From positions 1,712,323 to 1,776,322 of the forward strand of contig BFEA01000034.1 in NCBI GenBank assembly GCA_003427395.1: a stretch of 64,000 nt of DNA, read 5' to 3'. Source of the DNA: Chara braunii (lineage: Eukaryota; Plantae; Charophyceae). Under the pieces are notes generated by a model. The model had not been told where the DNA came from. It did no database searches and saw nothing but the letters and a program-made list of their open reading frames with translations. The position numbers and the translations under genes were made by a program. Shown piece after piece: positions 36,418-49,408 of this stretch (positions are counted from its first letter, which is position 1; every line of letters starts with the position of its first letter).

Positions 36418-38157
36418 CTAAGTTGGCAAATGTGAAATGTCATGCTGCTGCTGTGTTGTTGGTTGTGCATTCGATGCAGCACGAGCGTCGTCATCACCCA
36501 CGTATTGAATGTATCGCAGCAGTCCATCTATGTACGTGAGTTGGAAAGAGACACCCAGAGGGTCTCTGAATCTCATGCACATCTGTTCACCATGCTCATA
36601 TGTCATGGGACAGACGACAGGGACCCACCCAACTTGAAGAAGTGATGTGCACCCGTGTCTGCTTCGTATGCCCTCCAGAAACATGTCATCCGTCGAGGGT
36701 CATGCTTGCTCGGTGCACGAGTCTTCCACGATCAACCACATCGCCTGGTCATTATGGGAGTCATATCCCATGCACACCATCTGTCGTTCTTCCTCCCTTA
36801 TCTTCTCCCAGCAACGCTGCGCGTGTTCCTCCAGCAATCCCCGGTCCTTCACATAAGGATTGCAAACGGAGACACGTGTCACCACCACCAAGAACTACTA
36901 ATGCTCCACAATGCCAGCATGCATCCAACCCAAAGGCAGCCACTCACCAAATTGCATTCTTGCTGCCAGTGTCACTTTGCCATCAACAACTGCTGGATGC
37001 AAAGAACCAGGTACCCATACATGTCACGGGCCACATGCTGGTACAACTGCCCTTCTTGAATCACATGGGCCTCAATGTTACTGGCTGCAACCACAATCTT
37101 CCACATTGCCACATGGTCCCATACGTCCATACATATGTCAACAAATGTGGCTTTTTTCCCCCTTACGTGGACGTATGTGATGCACTTCTCACCGCTAAAC
37201 ACCATCCCTTCAGCGAGGGCCAACTCGACAGGATTGCCAAGTGGGTGGTCGAAGATGCATGCATCGCGTGACCGGCATGTCATCGCCTCCTTTTCGTCTG
37301 CAGTCGCTTCTCTGTCGAAATGACGGAAGGAAAACATGTCGTTCACGTAATGCACGCTCCACACATTGCCCATGATATCACGCACTTGCATTTTAACATG
37401 GCCATATCCAAATGGGATTGCAGATGGCACCCAACCCCATCGAGGATCCCTTCTTGCATCGTCCTGGCTAACTGGCGTCCCCCCCTTGCGTTGCTGGCCA
37501 CCCAACACCCACAGTTGTCCGCAGTCAAAGTTGTCATATACGAAATCGTTGAGCCTCAACTCACCCTTTGCCTGTAGAACACGATACATCTCCACTGCGT
37601 AGTGGCAAGCATCATCGGTCGTTGCCCCATCATTCAACCTCAACACTCTGTCATAGATAAATGACAGACATACGTTACGCCATGTTCCTTTCTTTAGGGC
37701 AGGAACAACAACCCACTGATCAACAACCTTGAAAGCAAAGCAATGGACACCTCCAACGATTCCTGGCTGAACACGACCTGGCACCAAATTCACATCATAC
37801 GGGTATCTATCTCCTGCCATTGTCTTTGTCACATTTTCAGACAATGCATCCACTGTGAGGACCCTCGCTGCCAACATCTTCCTCGTTTCTCTCTCCACCC
37901 ACCTTCTCTATCTCAGCATTGTTCCCTCGTGCACCGCTATCGTTGCCATCCACGTCAGCAAGCATCTGCTCAGTTTCCATATGAATCGTGGCAAACACCT
38001 CTTCACATGCAGCAGTGGTTGTGCCCCCGCCGCTGGTCTGCTGATGAACTGTCGTTTCGTTGACCTCACTTGCAGGGGAACGACCACTTAGAATGACTTC
38101 TGTTTCCATGACGTTGGTCTCTCCAGCATTGACGGCTGTTACAATGGCGGGTTTCAT
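36418..38157 (-). pseudogene. Uncharacterised disrupted ORF chain upstream of, and partly in frame with, the H3 fold
   Basis: 36891-36700 and 36684-36418 are in the H3 frame, separated only by TGA/TAG stops. A 308-aa ORF at 37898-36972 lies just upstream in another frame. Confidence 0.55.
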
Positions 38158-38215
38158 CTAAATATTTACACAGCACATAAGGTCGTGAGTCAACGTCGAT
38201 GAGAAAATGTTTCCA

Positions 38216-38290
<75 letters not shown>

Positions 38291-38293
<3 letters not shown>

Positions 38294-38485
38294 TGTCTAC
38301 TGCGGGCCAGAACGACGTTATTGAGTAACGTTTAACCGTATTATGGCACGCAGTAGTCAACCGACTCATTCGTAGGCTGAGACGGGTTAAATAGGCGAGC
38401 CTGGCGATAAGAACATAATGACATTAAAGCAGACACTTCATACATGTATACATATATGCATATGAGAGAATGAGAGAGAGAGAGA

Positions 38486-38526
<41 letters not shown>

Positions 38527-38920
38527 GTTGGCTACTACGGGCTAGAACGACGTTATTGAGTAACGTTTAACCCTGTTATGGCACGCAGTAAGTAGTCAAC
38601 CGAGTCATTCGTAGGCTGAGACAGGGGTTGAATAGGCGAACCTGGCGACAAGAACATAATGACATTAAAGCAGACAGTTCATACATGTATACATATATGC
38701 ATATGAGAGAATGAGAGAGAGGGAGAGAGGTTGGCTATTGCGGGCCAGAACGACGTTATTGAGTAATGTTTAACCCTATTATGGCACGCAGTAGTCAACC
38801 GAGTCATTCGTAGGCTGAGACAGGGGTTGAATAGGCAAACCTGGCGACAAGAACATAATGACTTTAAAGCAGACACTCGATACATGTATACATATATGCA
38901 TATGAGAGAGAGAGAGAGAG
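38291..38920. repeat. Three tandem ~200-235-bp units, each with a class A inverted-repeat module and (GA)n
   Basis: Modules at 38291-38362, 38526-38601, 38729-38800. Confidence 0.9.
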
Positions 38921-38925
38921 GTACA

Positions 38926-39682
38926 TCAAACTTCTTTAACGAGACGTTCAACCACGACTTTACACCTCTTATAGAGTGCCCTTAGTCGGTCATTGATGTG
39001 GAGTCCTTTCTTGCAATGTTGACAATCGATGGCCTCCACACGACGCTCTGCGTTTGCTACGACCTTCGACATCATCTCTTTTGCAAAAGAAATGAGATGG
39101 GATATACAGTCCGCCACGAGCCTTGCCATTTGTCGTTTATTCGCACTTGACACGAACTGTTCAAATATTTTCATGGTCATAGGTACTGCTGACTCTTCAT
39201 TGCTTGTCAACGGTGCTTTGCTGGCGACGACGCAAGGAAAATTGTGTCGAATTTCATGAGATTGAAAGGATTTGATATCTTTGCAGTCTAGCAACAAGTG
39301 TGCCGCTGACTCACAGACACTTCGACCTGTGTTGCTATCGCACATCCGCATAGTGAGATCATCTTCCCGGCTTGCATTCGCGACTTGCGCATTGTATGTT
39401 TTCATGGTTTCTACGGGGTTCGGCGTTACAGACAATTGTCCCGATGCCAGGCGGCCTCTGGTGTACTGAAGAGAACATACAATATCGGCGCAGCTGTTGA
39501 GCAGAGACCTCAAGTTCCCATTAAGGCCATCGTATCCCATATGTGCACCATCGGTCTGCAGGCGATGGTTAAGAGTGTAGTGCTCTATGGTCTCCGTGCA
39601 ATGACGGATGCAGTCCTCGGCAAAAGCCAAGAGGTCTACAAGACTTTTCGACGAGGCTGTCAGCGGACCGCTGTTCAGTTCC
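38926..39682 (-). CDS. Uncharacterised helical cargo ORF, 5' end in gap
   Basis: About 250 codons open from the gap to the stop. CQHC near the C-terminus. Confidence 0.4.
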
Positions 39683-40288
39683 NNNNNNNNNNNNNNNNNN
39701 NNNNNNNNNNNNNNNNNNNNNNNNNNNNNNNNNNNNNNNNNNNNNNNNNNNNNNNNNNNNNNNNNNNNNNNNNNNNNNNNNNNNNNNNNNNNNNNNNNNN
39801 NNNNNNNNNNNNNNNNNNNNNNNNNNNNNNNNNNNNNNNNNNNNNNNNNNNNNNNNNNNNNNNNNNNNNNNNNNNNNNNNNNNNNNNNNNNNNNNNNNNN
39901 NNNNNNNNNNNNNNNNNNNNNNNNNNNNNNNNNNNNNNNNNNNNNNNNNNNNNNNNNNNNNNNNNNNNNNNNNNNNNNNNNNNNNNNNNNNNNNNNNNNN
40001 NNNNNNNNNNNNNNNNNNNNNNNNNNNNNNNNNNNNNNNNNNNNNNNNNNNNNNNNNNNNNNNNNNNNNNNNNNNNNNNNNNNNNNNNNNNNNNNNNNNN
40101 NNNNNNNNNNNNNNNNNNNNNNNNNNNNNNNNNNNNNNNNNNNNNNNNNNNNNNNNNNNNNNNNNNNNNNNNNNNNNNNNNNNNNNNNNNNNNNNNNNNN
40201 NNNNNNNNNNNNNNNNNNNNNNNNNNNNNNNNNNNNNNNNNNNNNNNNNNNNNNNNNNNNNNNNNNNNNNNNNNNNNNNNNNNNNNNN

Positions 40289-40357
<69 letters not shown>

Positions 40358-41479
40358 CCCCCTGTGCCCAGACTTTTGCAGATGCTTAAGCGTTGAAGAA
40401 CGTCACACACACGTGGAGAGCACAAGGACAAGGAGGTGTTGATGGGGACACGAAGCACGAAGGAGAATGTGAAAACGGAGAGGCTGAAAATGAAGACAAC
40501 GAAAAACATCAACGAACGTCAACAGCAATGAGGTGAAACTGGTGTCTAGACAACTAGGTACCGGTAGGGAAAAGAAAAAAAGCAGGCTCAACCCAGGCCA
40601 ACGAAGAGTAGGCCTTGGAAAAAAAGTACATGTGGTATACAAGGCAAACAAAACGGTACTACTGGCACAATAGGCCAAAATGCTGTAGTAAGAAAAAGCA
40701 AGGCCAAAATGGAGAGGCACCGTGGTGGCACCGGACCTAAAAAAAAAAAAAAGGAACCGGTGCACGCCGCAAGGGGGCACAAGAGAGAGAGTTACGGAGG
40801 GTCCAGCGTCGTGACAAAAAAATAAATGGCCTCGGCACAAAAACAAAAAAAACGGACCTGCGGGAAAAAAAAAGGGGCTCGGCCTAGGCCAACCAAGCGG
40901 GGGCCTTCGAAAAAAAAGGCACCTGTGCTATGACGGGCAAACAAAACTACCCGATGCCAACATAGGCCGAGACATCGATAAAAAACGCAGGGCCACAATG
41001 AAGAGGCACCGTAATGACACGATAGCAAAAACGAAGGGGTGGGGGGAAAGGGGGGGGAGCCTGTGGGCGCGGAACGCACCTTAGTCGCACAGGACCTCGA
41101 CAAAAAAGGCGAAATTGGAGACGCGCCGTAGTCGCACGGGACCTTGACAAAAAAGGCGAAACTGGAGACGTGCCGTAGCCGATGCCACCATAGGTCGAGA
41201 GACCAACAAAAAACATAGGGCCACAATGACAAAATATGTCAGATTAAGGAAGGATATATGTTTTTTTTTTTTTTTCCTTTTCGGGTCTCTCAAGTTAACC
41301 CCCCATTTCTTTTTATTTTGGTCTGCGCATCCACAACATCAAGCCTTCCCGATAAACATCAACGTTGACTGCTGCGGGCCAGCCCAGCACAAACGGCCGC
41401 CATTTGCAACATCATTTCCACGCACTTGTCAACTCCCAGATCCGGAGAAGGTTAAAAAAAAAAAAATCTCCAACGTGGA

Positions 41480-41673
41480 CGTGTTGGAATCATGTTGAAC
41501 ATATGTTGATCAACAGTTGAAAACATATAGCCCACATGTTGGCAAACGGTTGAAAACATACAAACGGCCGGTCAAAACGATTGGGCCAACCATTTCACCC
41601 TCTTCATATGTTGGTCCCAACTTGTATCGAAGTTGAAACCATGATGAAAATTTGCCACAATTTTTCTGCTGTC
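41480..41673 (-). repeat. Putative right TIR and subterminal region
   Basis: rc CAGCAGAAAAATTGTGGCAAATTTT, preceded by GTTGA/CAAC motifs. Confidence 0.55.
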
Positions 41674-42684
41674 CATATTCCCTGGACAGTTCGAGACTTG
41701 CACGAGGTAACGTATCCTACGTCGAATGCCGCGGCATGGGGGCGAAGAAGCCTCCAAGGGCTCTGGCATGCAGGCAAGGCATTTGCTTACGCCATCTTTC
41801 CACCTTACGTTTTCGGCAGAGGTATCAGGCCTCGCTCCACTACTCGCCAGTTGGTGAGCAGTGTGCGAGCCATAGCGCCTCGCCGCACGACTCACTAAGA
41901 GGTGGCCCCCACCGGACGGCGGCTTGGAAAAAAAAAAGCGCCCAATCGTTTTGGAGACCTCACCGGTGATGGAAAGAGGTGTGGAAAGCCTCTTTGGAAA
42001 GGTTTTCCAGACCCGACCGGTGATGGAAAGGGTTTGCCAAAATGCTGACGGGGCGTTTCTATATGGTCGGTGGTCTGGAAAGTCGCTGCCCGATCGCAGC
42101 ATTCCTTTTCCAGACATGGCCCCCAGCAGAGTAGGGGGATGAGCATGTTCTCCGATGGCATCGGAGGGCCAGACGACATGGTCCACTCAGCGGTGGAGGG
42201 GACTATTTTTTGGACCTGCGTACAGCCACAACGGAAGGCCATGGACCGGTGCCCCTCCGGAAGTTTTCTATTTCGGACCTGGCCTTTCAAGTTCCCTATT
42301 CGGGCAAGTGCGGCCGTTTCCAATGCCAAACTTTGCGGTCGCGGTGGGGTGCCAACAAAATCTGCCAAACACGGTTTTTTTTTTGTTTTTTTTTTTTTTT
42401 TACAAAACAACTTTGCATTCCATTATAAAAAGAAGGAGGCCGGGAATTCCTCCACAAACAACCCAAAAAACATGGCTTCTGGGACCATTACCCAGCTTAT
42501 GGTGCAGGCATTGGGAATTGTAGTCCAAAGGCAGAGATGGCCAAATCCAGACCGCTGCCCTGACATTTCCCAACCCTGGGAATAAAAGAAAAGAATGCCA
42601 TCACGGCCAAAAAAAACACACAAACCAAACTCCAGGAATCAAATAAACCTCCCCTAACACAGAACTACACAATCCTAAACTCCA

Positions 42685-42720
<36 letters not shown>
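42685..42720. repeat. Poly-G tract (poly-C in the LINE 3' UTR)
   Basis: Run of about 36 G. Confidence 0.9.
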
Positions 42721-42721
<1 letters not shown>

Positions 42722-45700
42722 AGAAGACTTAAGCCCGTGGAGTATTAACGATAACCTATAAGCACAAACCAAGCTAAACAAAAATACACAAGAACCAGAA
42801 AGGACTGTAAAATATCACCTATGGCTACTATCTACTATCTATGCCATCTTCTTATACCCACTGCAAGTGAGAGCATAGACATGTAGCGAACAAAAGCAGA
42901 CGAAAACCAAGGTGAAAAACCACCCCTAATACGGGGGAAAGTATAATCCCTCGGAGGATTCTAAGAGAAGAACACTGCGCTCCTATCCCAAACCAAGACC
43001 TTACTGCCTGTCTCCAGCGACCTGGCCTGTTTTCAAGCAACCGAGTGCAGCAGGTTGCAGAGGACCCTTCTTTTACTACTTCTGAAGCAGCCACGAACTG
43101 AATACCAGACGATTGTTTTCCACCCATGCAATTGATTTCCGCAGGACCCAAGTTTCCTCAAACCATCGAAGGTCCTGGGTTGAGGGATTACTGCCCACTT
43201 TCCTCCGCCAATCAGCCTGGATAGCATGTTTGAGATGGAGGGTAAAGGAAGATCGAATATGTTTGTTAGAGCACTCTTTGTTATCGAATACCCTCTCGTT
43301 GCGACTCTGCAAGATGACAAAGAAACTGGCTGCACGAATATTTTGGGCCACGTAGCCCCATCCTTTGGATTTTGAGAAACTTGAAGGAATGCCGCCCATC
43401 AAAGTCCACTCCTTAGTCCAAATGAAGGTTGTGTTGGAGATTCTGCACCAATGCTTGATCACCCAATTGGCAGGGCAATCCCACCAAAGATGAGTAAAAG
43501 ACTCGAAGGCTCATTCACATATAATACATTTCATATCAATTTTCATTCCTCTTTCTGCCATCCAAACTGCAGATGGAGTAAAAACAAGGGATACTAACCA
43601 TAACAGCGAGGCATGTCTTTGATTTGGGATCAGTTTAGATTGTTCCCAGCACGACGTAAGATCCTCATCAATATCTGCAGATTCGGTTAGCAGACAACAC
43701 GTGGATGCTTTAAGGGTTGATTAACTGTATATCCAATTTTAATCGTGTAGTCCACCAAGGTAGCATTTGAACCTCTGTTCCCCTTAGTGTTCCATTCCCA
43801 TTGAGCAGGATCAAGTTTCAATTGAGACACCGGATTGCCTTCCCCAAATAATTGACAGTTGAGTGAACCGTCTGAACGTGGTTCTTCAAGTACTCTAATC
43901 TGATGAAGCTCCGAACCTACCGGTGGTGCAGACGGTACGTCATCCTGCAACAGTAAGTCGGGGCCTACCACTGTCCATGATTGGAAATCCCGTTTGCCTT
44001 CATTGTTAATAGACATTAGCTTCCAAACTTGCTTATGGGGTGGTTGGGAAACTCCAAACCAAGTGTTGGGGGGATTTGTACCCTCTGCGGCCAAGATTGC
44101 CTTCCAATTATCAGGAATATCGTCAATAAGTGAGTCCCTTCGAACTTGAACCTCGATAAAGCGTGCTTGGCCTAGCGGTTCTCTCAGTTTCTCCACTGAG
44201 ATCCAGTTCCCCAAAATGGGGTCCCACATGTCCTTAATGCGCAGTATTCCCTTTTTGATCCATGAACGACCGAAACTGGTTGAAGAGGAGTCAGTTTTGA
44301 ACCAATCACCTGAGACATCCCATATTCTGGGATTCTCGAATAGTGGTTGGGAGAGCACCTCAGCTTTGGTCTCGGGTTCTACCCATACATCCGGACAAAG
44401 TTTCTTCCAGGCATGAACAATGGCCGACCAGAAAGGAGATTTAATGTGTCGGCATTGGAACGAGTACATGAATAAGCATGTCCAGACGTCTTCTGGTCGA
44501 CTTAGATTCCACTCTTGACTGAGGATGTGTTCAGCCAGGTAAACCCAGTGAGGGATAGGGAACATTAATGTCGCTTTCACTATCCACAGACAAAGCATTG
44601 CAGCAATTTGTATGAACGGATCTAGCATACCTAACCCACCCTCTTCACGTGGGAAGCATAACATCTCCCAGGCCACTTTAGGAATGAAGGAATCGTCATT
44701 ATTTGAAAAAGGTTTCCAAATAAATTGAGCAGCCCTACTTTTAATGAGGGCATAGGACAACTTACCTATGCCCCGCACTTTACCCACGTACCACAGGAGT
44801 GCGAACAGAGTACAGTTTACAACCATGGCTCTCCCGAGTAGAGACAAATGTGGTGCTTGGGCCCATGATGCTAATCGTTGGAAGATTCTCTGAGTCAATA
44901 AACTTTTCTGTGCATCTGAGCATTTACCTAGCGCTATTTAGACTCTGAGAAAACGTTCAGATTCTTCATCGCTGATCCTCTTCATGCCCTATTCCACACA
45001 GAGCGAATAGTCCTGGGGGAGGAAGTACGCAGATTTGTGTCAGTTTATTGCGGCTTCAGAGAGATTTGCATATTCATCCAGGCATAACTTGAGAGCAGCC
45101 AGTGACTCAGGTGAATTCTGAGATACCACGAATAAGTTATCTGCTAAGGCTTTTACCTTGAGGGGCGAAGGGCCCGCAGATAGTCCCCTGATTAGTGAAT
45201 GAGCTCGGATATTCTTGAGTAGTCCCTTCATTTGAATAGCAAAAAGTAAGGGAGCCAAAGGGCAGCCTTGACGCAATGATCTCGTCAAGGAGAATTCGCC
45301 CGAAAGTCTTTCATTTACCAACACAGCAGCGGTCGAGAGCGAATAGAGGGCAATTACCCAGCACTGAAAGTTCGAGCCGAAGCCCATATGATCCAACGTG
45401 GTCAAAACATATGACCAATTAACACAGTCATATGCTTTTTCCAAGTCAAGAAGGAAAACTGCAATGTCTAGATTCTCATTTTGTACTATCTCAAGGGTTT
45501 CGATGGCGGTTTCAACATTATCAAAGATTAATCTACCTTTGATGAAAGCTGCCTGATCCGAATGAACTATTTCAGGCATATAACAACCGAGCCTTCTAAC
45601 AAGTACTTTCGCTAGAATCTTGTATGAAACGTTCAAAACTGAAATAGGCCTCCAGTTACGGATCTGAGACTTCTCACCTTTCTTAAATAAAACCGAGATT

Positions 45701-47248
45701 ATACCTGTGCACATACTGGCTGATAATTTTCCTTCAGTCAAGACTTCATTATAGTTTTCCACTAGGTGAGTTCCCACAACATCCCAAATAGCTAGAAAAA
45801 GTTCGGTAGGCATGCCATCATCACCAGGAGATTTCCCGGCTGCCATTGAATTGAGGGCCGTAAGTGCTTCTTCTACCGTTATGGGGCGATCCAAATCAAA
45901 CTTGCCCGCAGGTGAAAGTCGGGCTTCAGTATTATCCCAGTGGGTGGTGGATTTGTGCAAATCAGACCGAATGAGTGTGTTCGGGTGACGAGAGGTCAAG
46001 ATATCTCTATAATATAGGGCAACATACTCACAAAGATCCTTGAGTTATTTCGCTATGGGGGCAACTTCATCAAAAGGATGTTTCAATTCCTTCATAGGAG
46101 TTGAGTATCCTTTCGGCAGTAATTTATGAAACGTATCTTTGGTCATTCGATCATTAACCACAATCCCCTTGACACGCAAGCGTTCCACCCAAATCTCTGA
46201 CTGTTTGATCTGGAGGTTGTCCCATTATGAGAGGAGATGCACTCTTTCCTTATTCCAAATATTTTTCGAGACAGGGTGCTCCAGCATTCTGGCCTCAGCG
46301 TAGACAATCTATTTCTGAATAGAAGCAGCTCGGTTATTCCTATCAAAAGTCATAATTCGGGAGATTAAGTTCAATAGATTGGAGAACATTGAAGAGTCAG
46401 CATCCCACCAAGTGGTCGTTGAGTCAAAGGACGGACGAGAAGTGGACCAGTCTAGCCAAAATTGTTTCATCCAGTTGACTAAATCTGGTTCGTTCAAGTT
46501 CTGTGTGTTGAACCTAAAGAGACCTCTTCCCCTTGTGATTTCAATTGTGTGCATCGTCAAGATAATGGGTTTGTGATCTGACATAGGGTGAGAGCTAATT
46601 TAAATCTTGTCTGTTAAGTCCCACATGTTAGAGGAGGTCAAGAAAAAATCCAAACGTCGAGCTGTAATTCCGGACGAATCTCTATAATGTGAGAACCACG
46701 TTGGGTCATCCATGTCCGGATGGGAAAGACGGAATGGATCAATTAGATCTGATTCCTCCATCAAGTTAGACAACTCGACTTTATCTTGCGAGCACCTTGC
46801 ACCAGGAAGGGCATCCAGGAAAAGGTTCTAGTCTCCTGCAAAAATTATCCTGTTGCCCTCTGGGATGAGTAATAATAATTCAGCGAAAAAAACAGCGCGT
46901 TGTTTGACGTCGGTGGGAGCATAAATACACACGAAAACCCAGTAGCACCCGTCTATATACAATTTGACCCAAGACCATCGACCCCAAAGATTGGAATAGA
47001 AATCAACAATTTCAGCTTTTATGGATCTATGGATAAGTATGGTTGTTCCTCCCTTTGAGCCAACTGCGGGAGACCATAATTGCGGGTCATCCCACCAATT
47101 ACCAAGCGTTGTTATTTTCTCTTCGTTTAACTTCGTTTCCTGGAGGAAAATAATTTGGATATTATTGTCGAAGATCCATGATTTGAGTCTGTCCTTTTTA
47201 AGCTTGCCTGTGGACTCGCCTAACCCTCTAACGTTCCACGATGCCAGT

Positions 47249-49408
47249 CTAACTTTGCCCATCTCTTAGTGGACCCTTGCTGCTGGACTGGATGTGAGGG
47301 GAACCCTGAAAGGATGTCAACCATAGAGAGGTGAGCATGGAGAGGAGAAAGGGAGAAGAGAGTTTCTTATCCTTAAGTAACTGCCCATCAACGTCGACCA
47401 AGCATTCAGTAGTTGGTAGAGGAGGGATTTTAATCCTCCTCAACTCTTGTCGCCTTGGTTCAGCAATCCAAGCCAGGGGGAGTTTCAGTCCCTGGCTTTC
47501 CAACATCTCCAACTGTCCGTGAGCGAACCTGACATCCATGAGGGGGACGAAAAATTTAATTCTCTTACCCCCTCCATCAGGATGGTCTATAATAATACGC
47601 GGCATCGTACACTCAGGGATCAGTCTGAAAATGAATTGATCTTAGATGGCTGAGCGAAGCAGCGTTACCATCGAAGATGGCATGGGCTGTTCTGGCGAAG
47701 AAATGCTCATAAAAGCTACAGAGCTATCAGGGGACAACCAAGCTATTACCCAGAGTGAATTCCGAGCAGCAGTGCAAAACAAAAGGAGGATCCGATTCTC
47801 GACTAATTGCAATTGACCCCGTAACAGGGAGGAAATTGGGGATCTCCTACGAGTAGTTTTGTTACCCGGAGTGCCAATTTCCTCAACCTGATTGTGTGAT
47901 GAGTCAGAAGAGTCGGAGCACTCACCATTGAGGTTATCGCTCGTGGCAAAGCTACCTTCGAGGTCGAGGCGTCTCTGTTTACCTGGGGTACTCTGCCTTG
48001 GTCTAGCTGCACTGCTCGAACCCCCTCGAGGGGGGAGGGGGGACACCAGAGGAGAGCTTGCGGCCCTGTCTTGGAGTGCTGACGTCGCCGTCGCTGCTGC
48101 TGCCTATGGGCCTTGTTGCTGGTTTATTAACTGCTGGAGTCCAATTGCTCCTGAAGGGTTGTCTCCTGATCCCGAAGGGTGATTCATGTGAGGGGTGAAG
48201 CTTCCTCCCTGTTGCTGCAACTGGACATGAAGTGGCTGTTGCAAACCTCCTGCTGTTGGCATGAAGGCATGGCCAGCCCAAGGCGGCATACCGTAGAGTG
48301 GCAACTGTTGACCTTGAAGAGACAGGGAAAACACTGGGTTGAAATGCAAACTTGAAAATACTTGAGATGGAGCGCCCTGGCCGTTCCCGCCACCTAACAG
48401 TACTTGGGATGGTGAAAGGCCCAAGTGATTCATGGGACCGCTGTAACCTGAAGTACCTTGATGGTTCGAAGGACCCTGTGGTCCCGGAGTCCCTTGATTG
48501 CTCCTTGAACCGGCATGGGGTCCTTGGTTGCCTTGCGAAGTTGCATGTTGGCTGGCTCTGCGTCTGCATTCATTTGCTGAGTGAAAAAATGCACGACAGC
48601 GACGACATCTCGGAATGTCCGAGGAGGCCAATTTGATCTCCAGCTCATCACCTTCCGAAGTTACGATCCGCATCTTGTCCTTCATATTAGGGCGCGATGC
48701 TGGGTCGATGTCGAATTTGACATTAATTAATGGCGGCTTCAGGCGGTCAGGTTCGATAGGATAGGTATGAGTCACTGGGCCAGTTGCCTTCCTAACCTGA
48801 GCCTCAAGATACAGAAACGAATCTAGCGGCACTTAGACAACTATCACCCAAAAGGACTGCCGATCTTCTTCCTGTCGTTGTTCCCGTAGCTGAGCCTTAG
48901 TAAGCCAAGGCTTAAACTCGAGTCTATAGTTGATGGCTCCCACCGTGATTTCATCATGACCTTTCGTAACTAGCCAAGAGGCAATAGCCCTATTCTTAGC
49001 TACGTAGGACACTACGTTAGGACTTTCAACCTTGACCCTGCCTCTTTTGAAATTCTCCGCTTCGAAACTGCCGTCCTGAATCTTCTCATCCTCGTAGGCT
49101 CTAACAATATCATCCTTGACCTTTTTCGGTAAAAAACGAGCCCCTTCTCTGAAGATTACCGTAACTGTGTGCTCCTTGAGCCAATGAATTTTGACTCTGT
49201 CTAGAGATGCATTCACTCGAAAGCAAACTTCTCGGCCGTCAACTTCCATTTCGGCAGGATCAATATCCGACGGCATTATCCCTTCTTCGTAGCAAAGCCT
49301 CATCAATTCCCTTACCCGAGCTTCATCTTCTCCATCTAACCCAGGGTTTGGAGGAGGGGATCGAGGTTCCCTTTGGTTTATGGCATCATCCGTAGCAGCC
49401 TCTAACAT
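47249..49408 (-). pseudogene. LINE ORF1 (gag-like, CCHC zinc knuckle)
   Basis: CRRCRAFFHSANEC knuckle, Gln/Pro/Gly-rich linker, in-frame stops. Its end overlaps the ORF2 ATG. Confidence 0.85.

Noticed and set aside
38291-38800. Repeat-spacer pattern resembling a CRISPR array
   Set aside because: The arms are inverted, spacers are near-identical within the cluster, there are no cas genes, and the context is eukaryotic.
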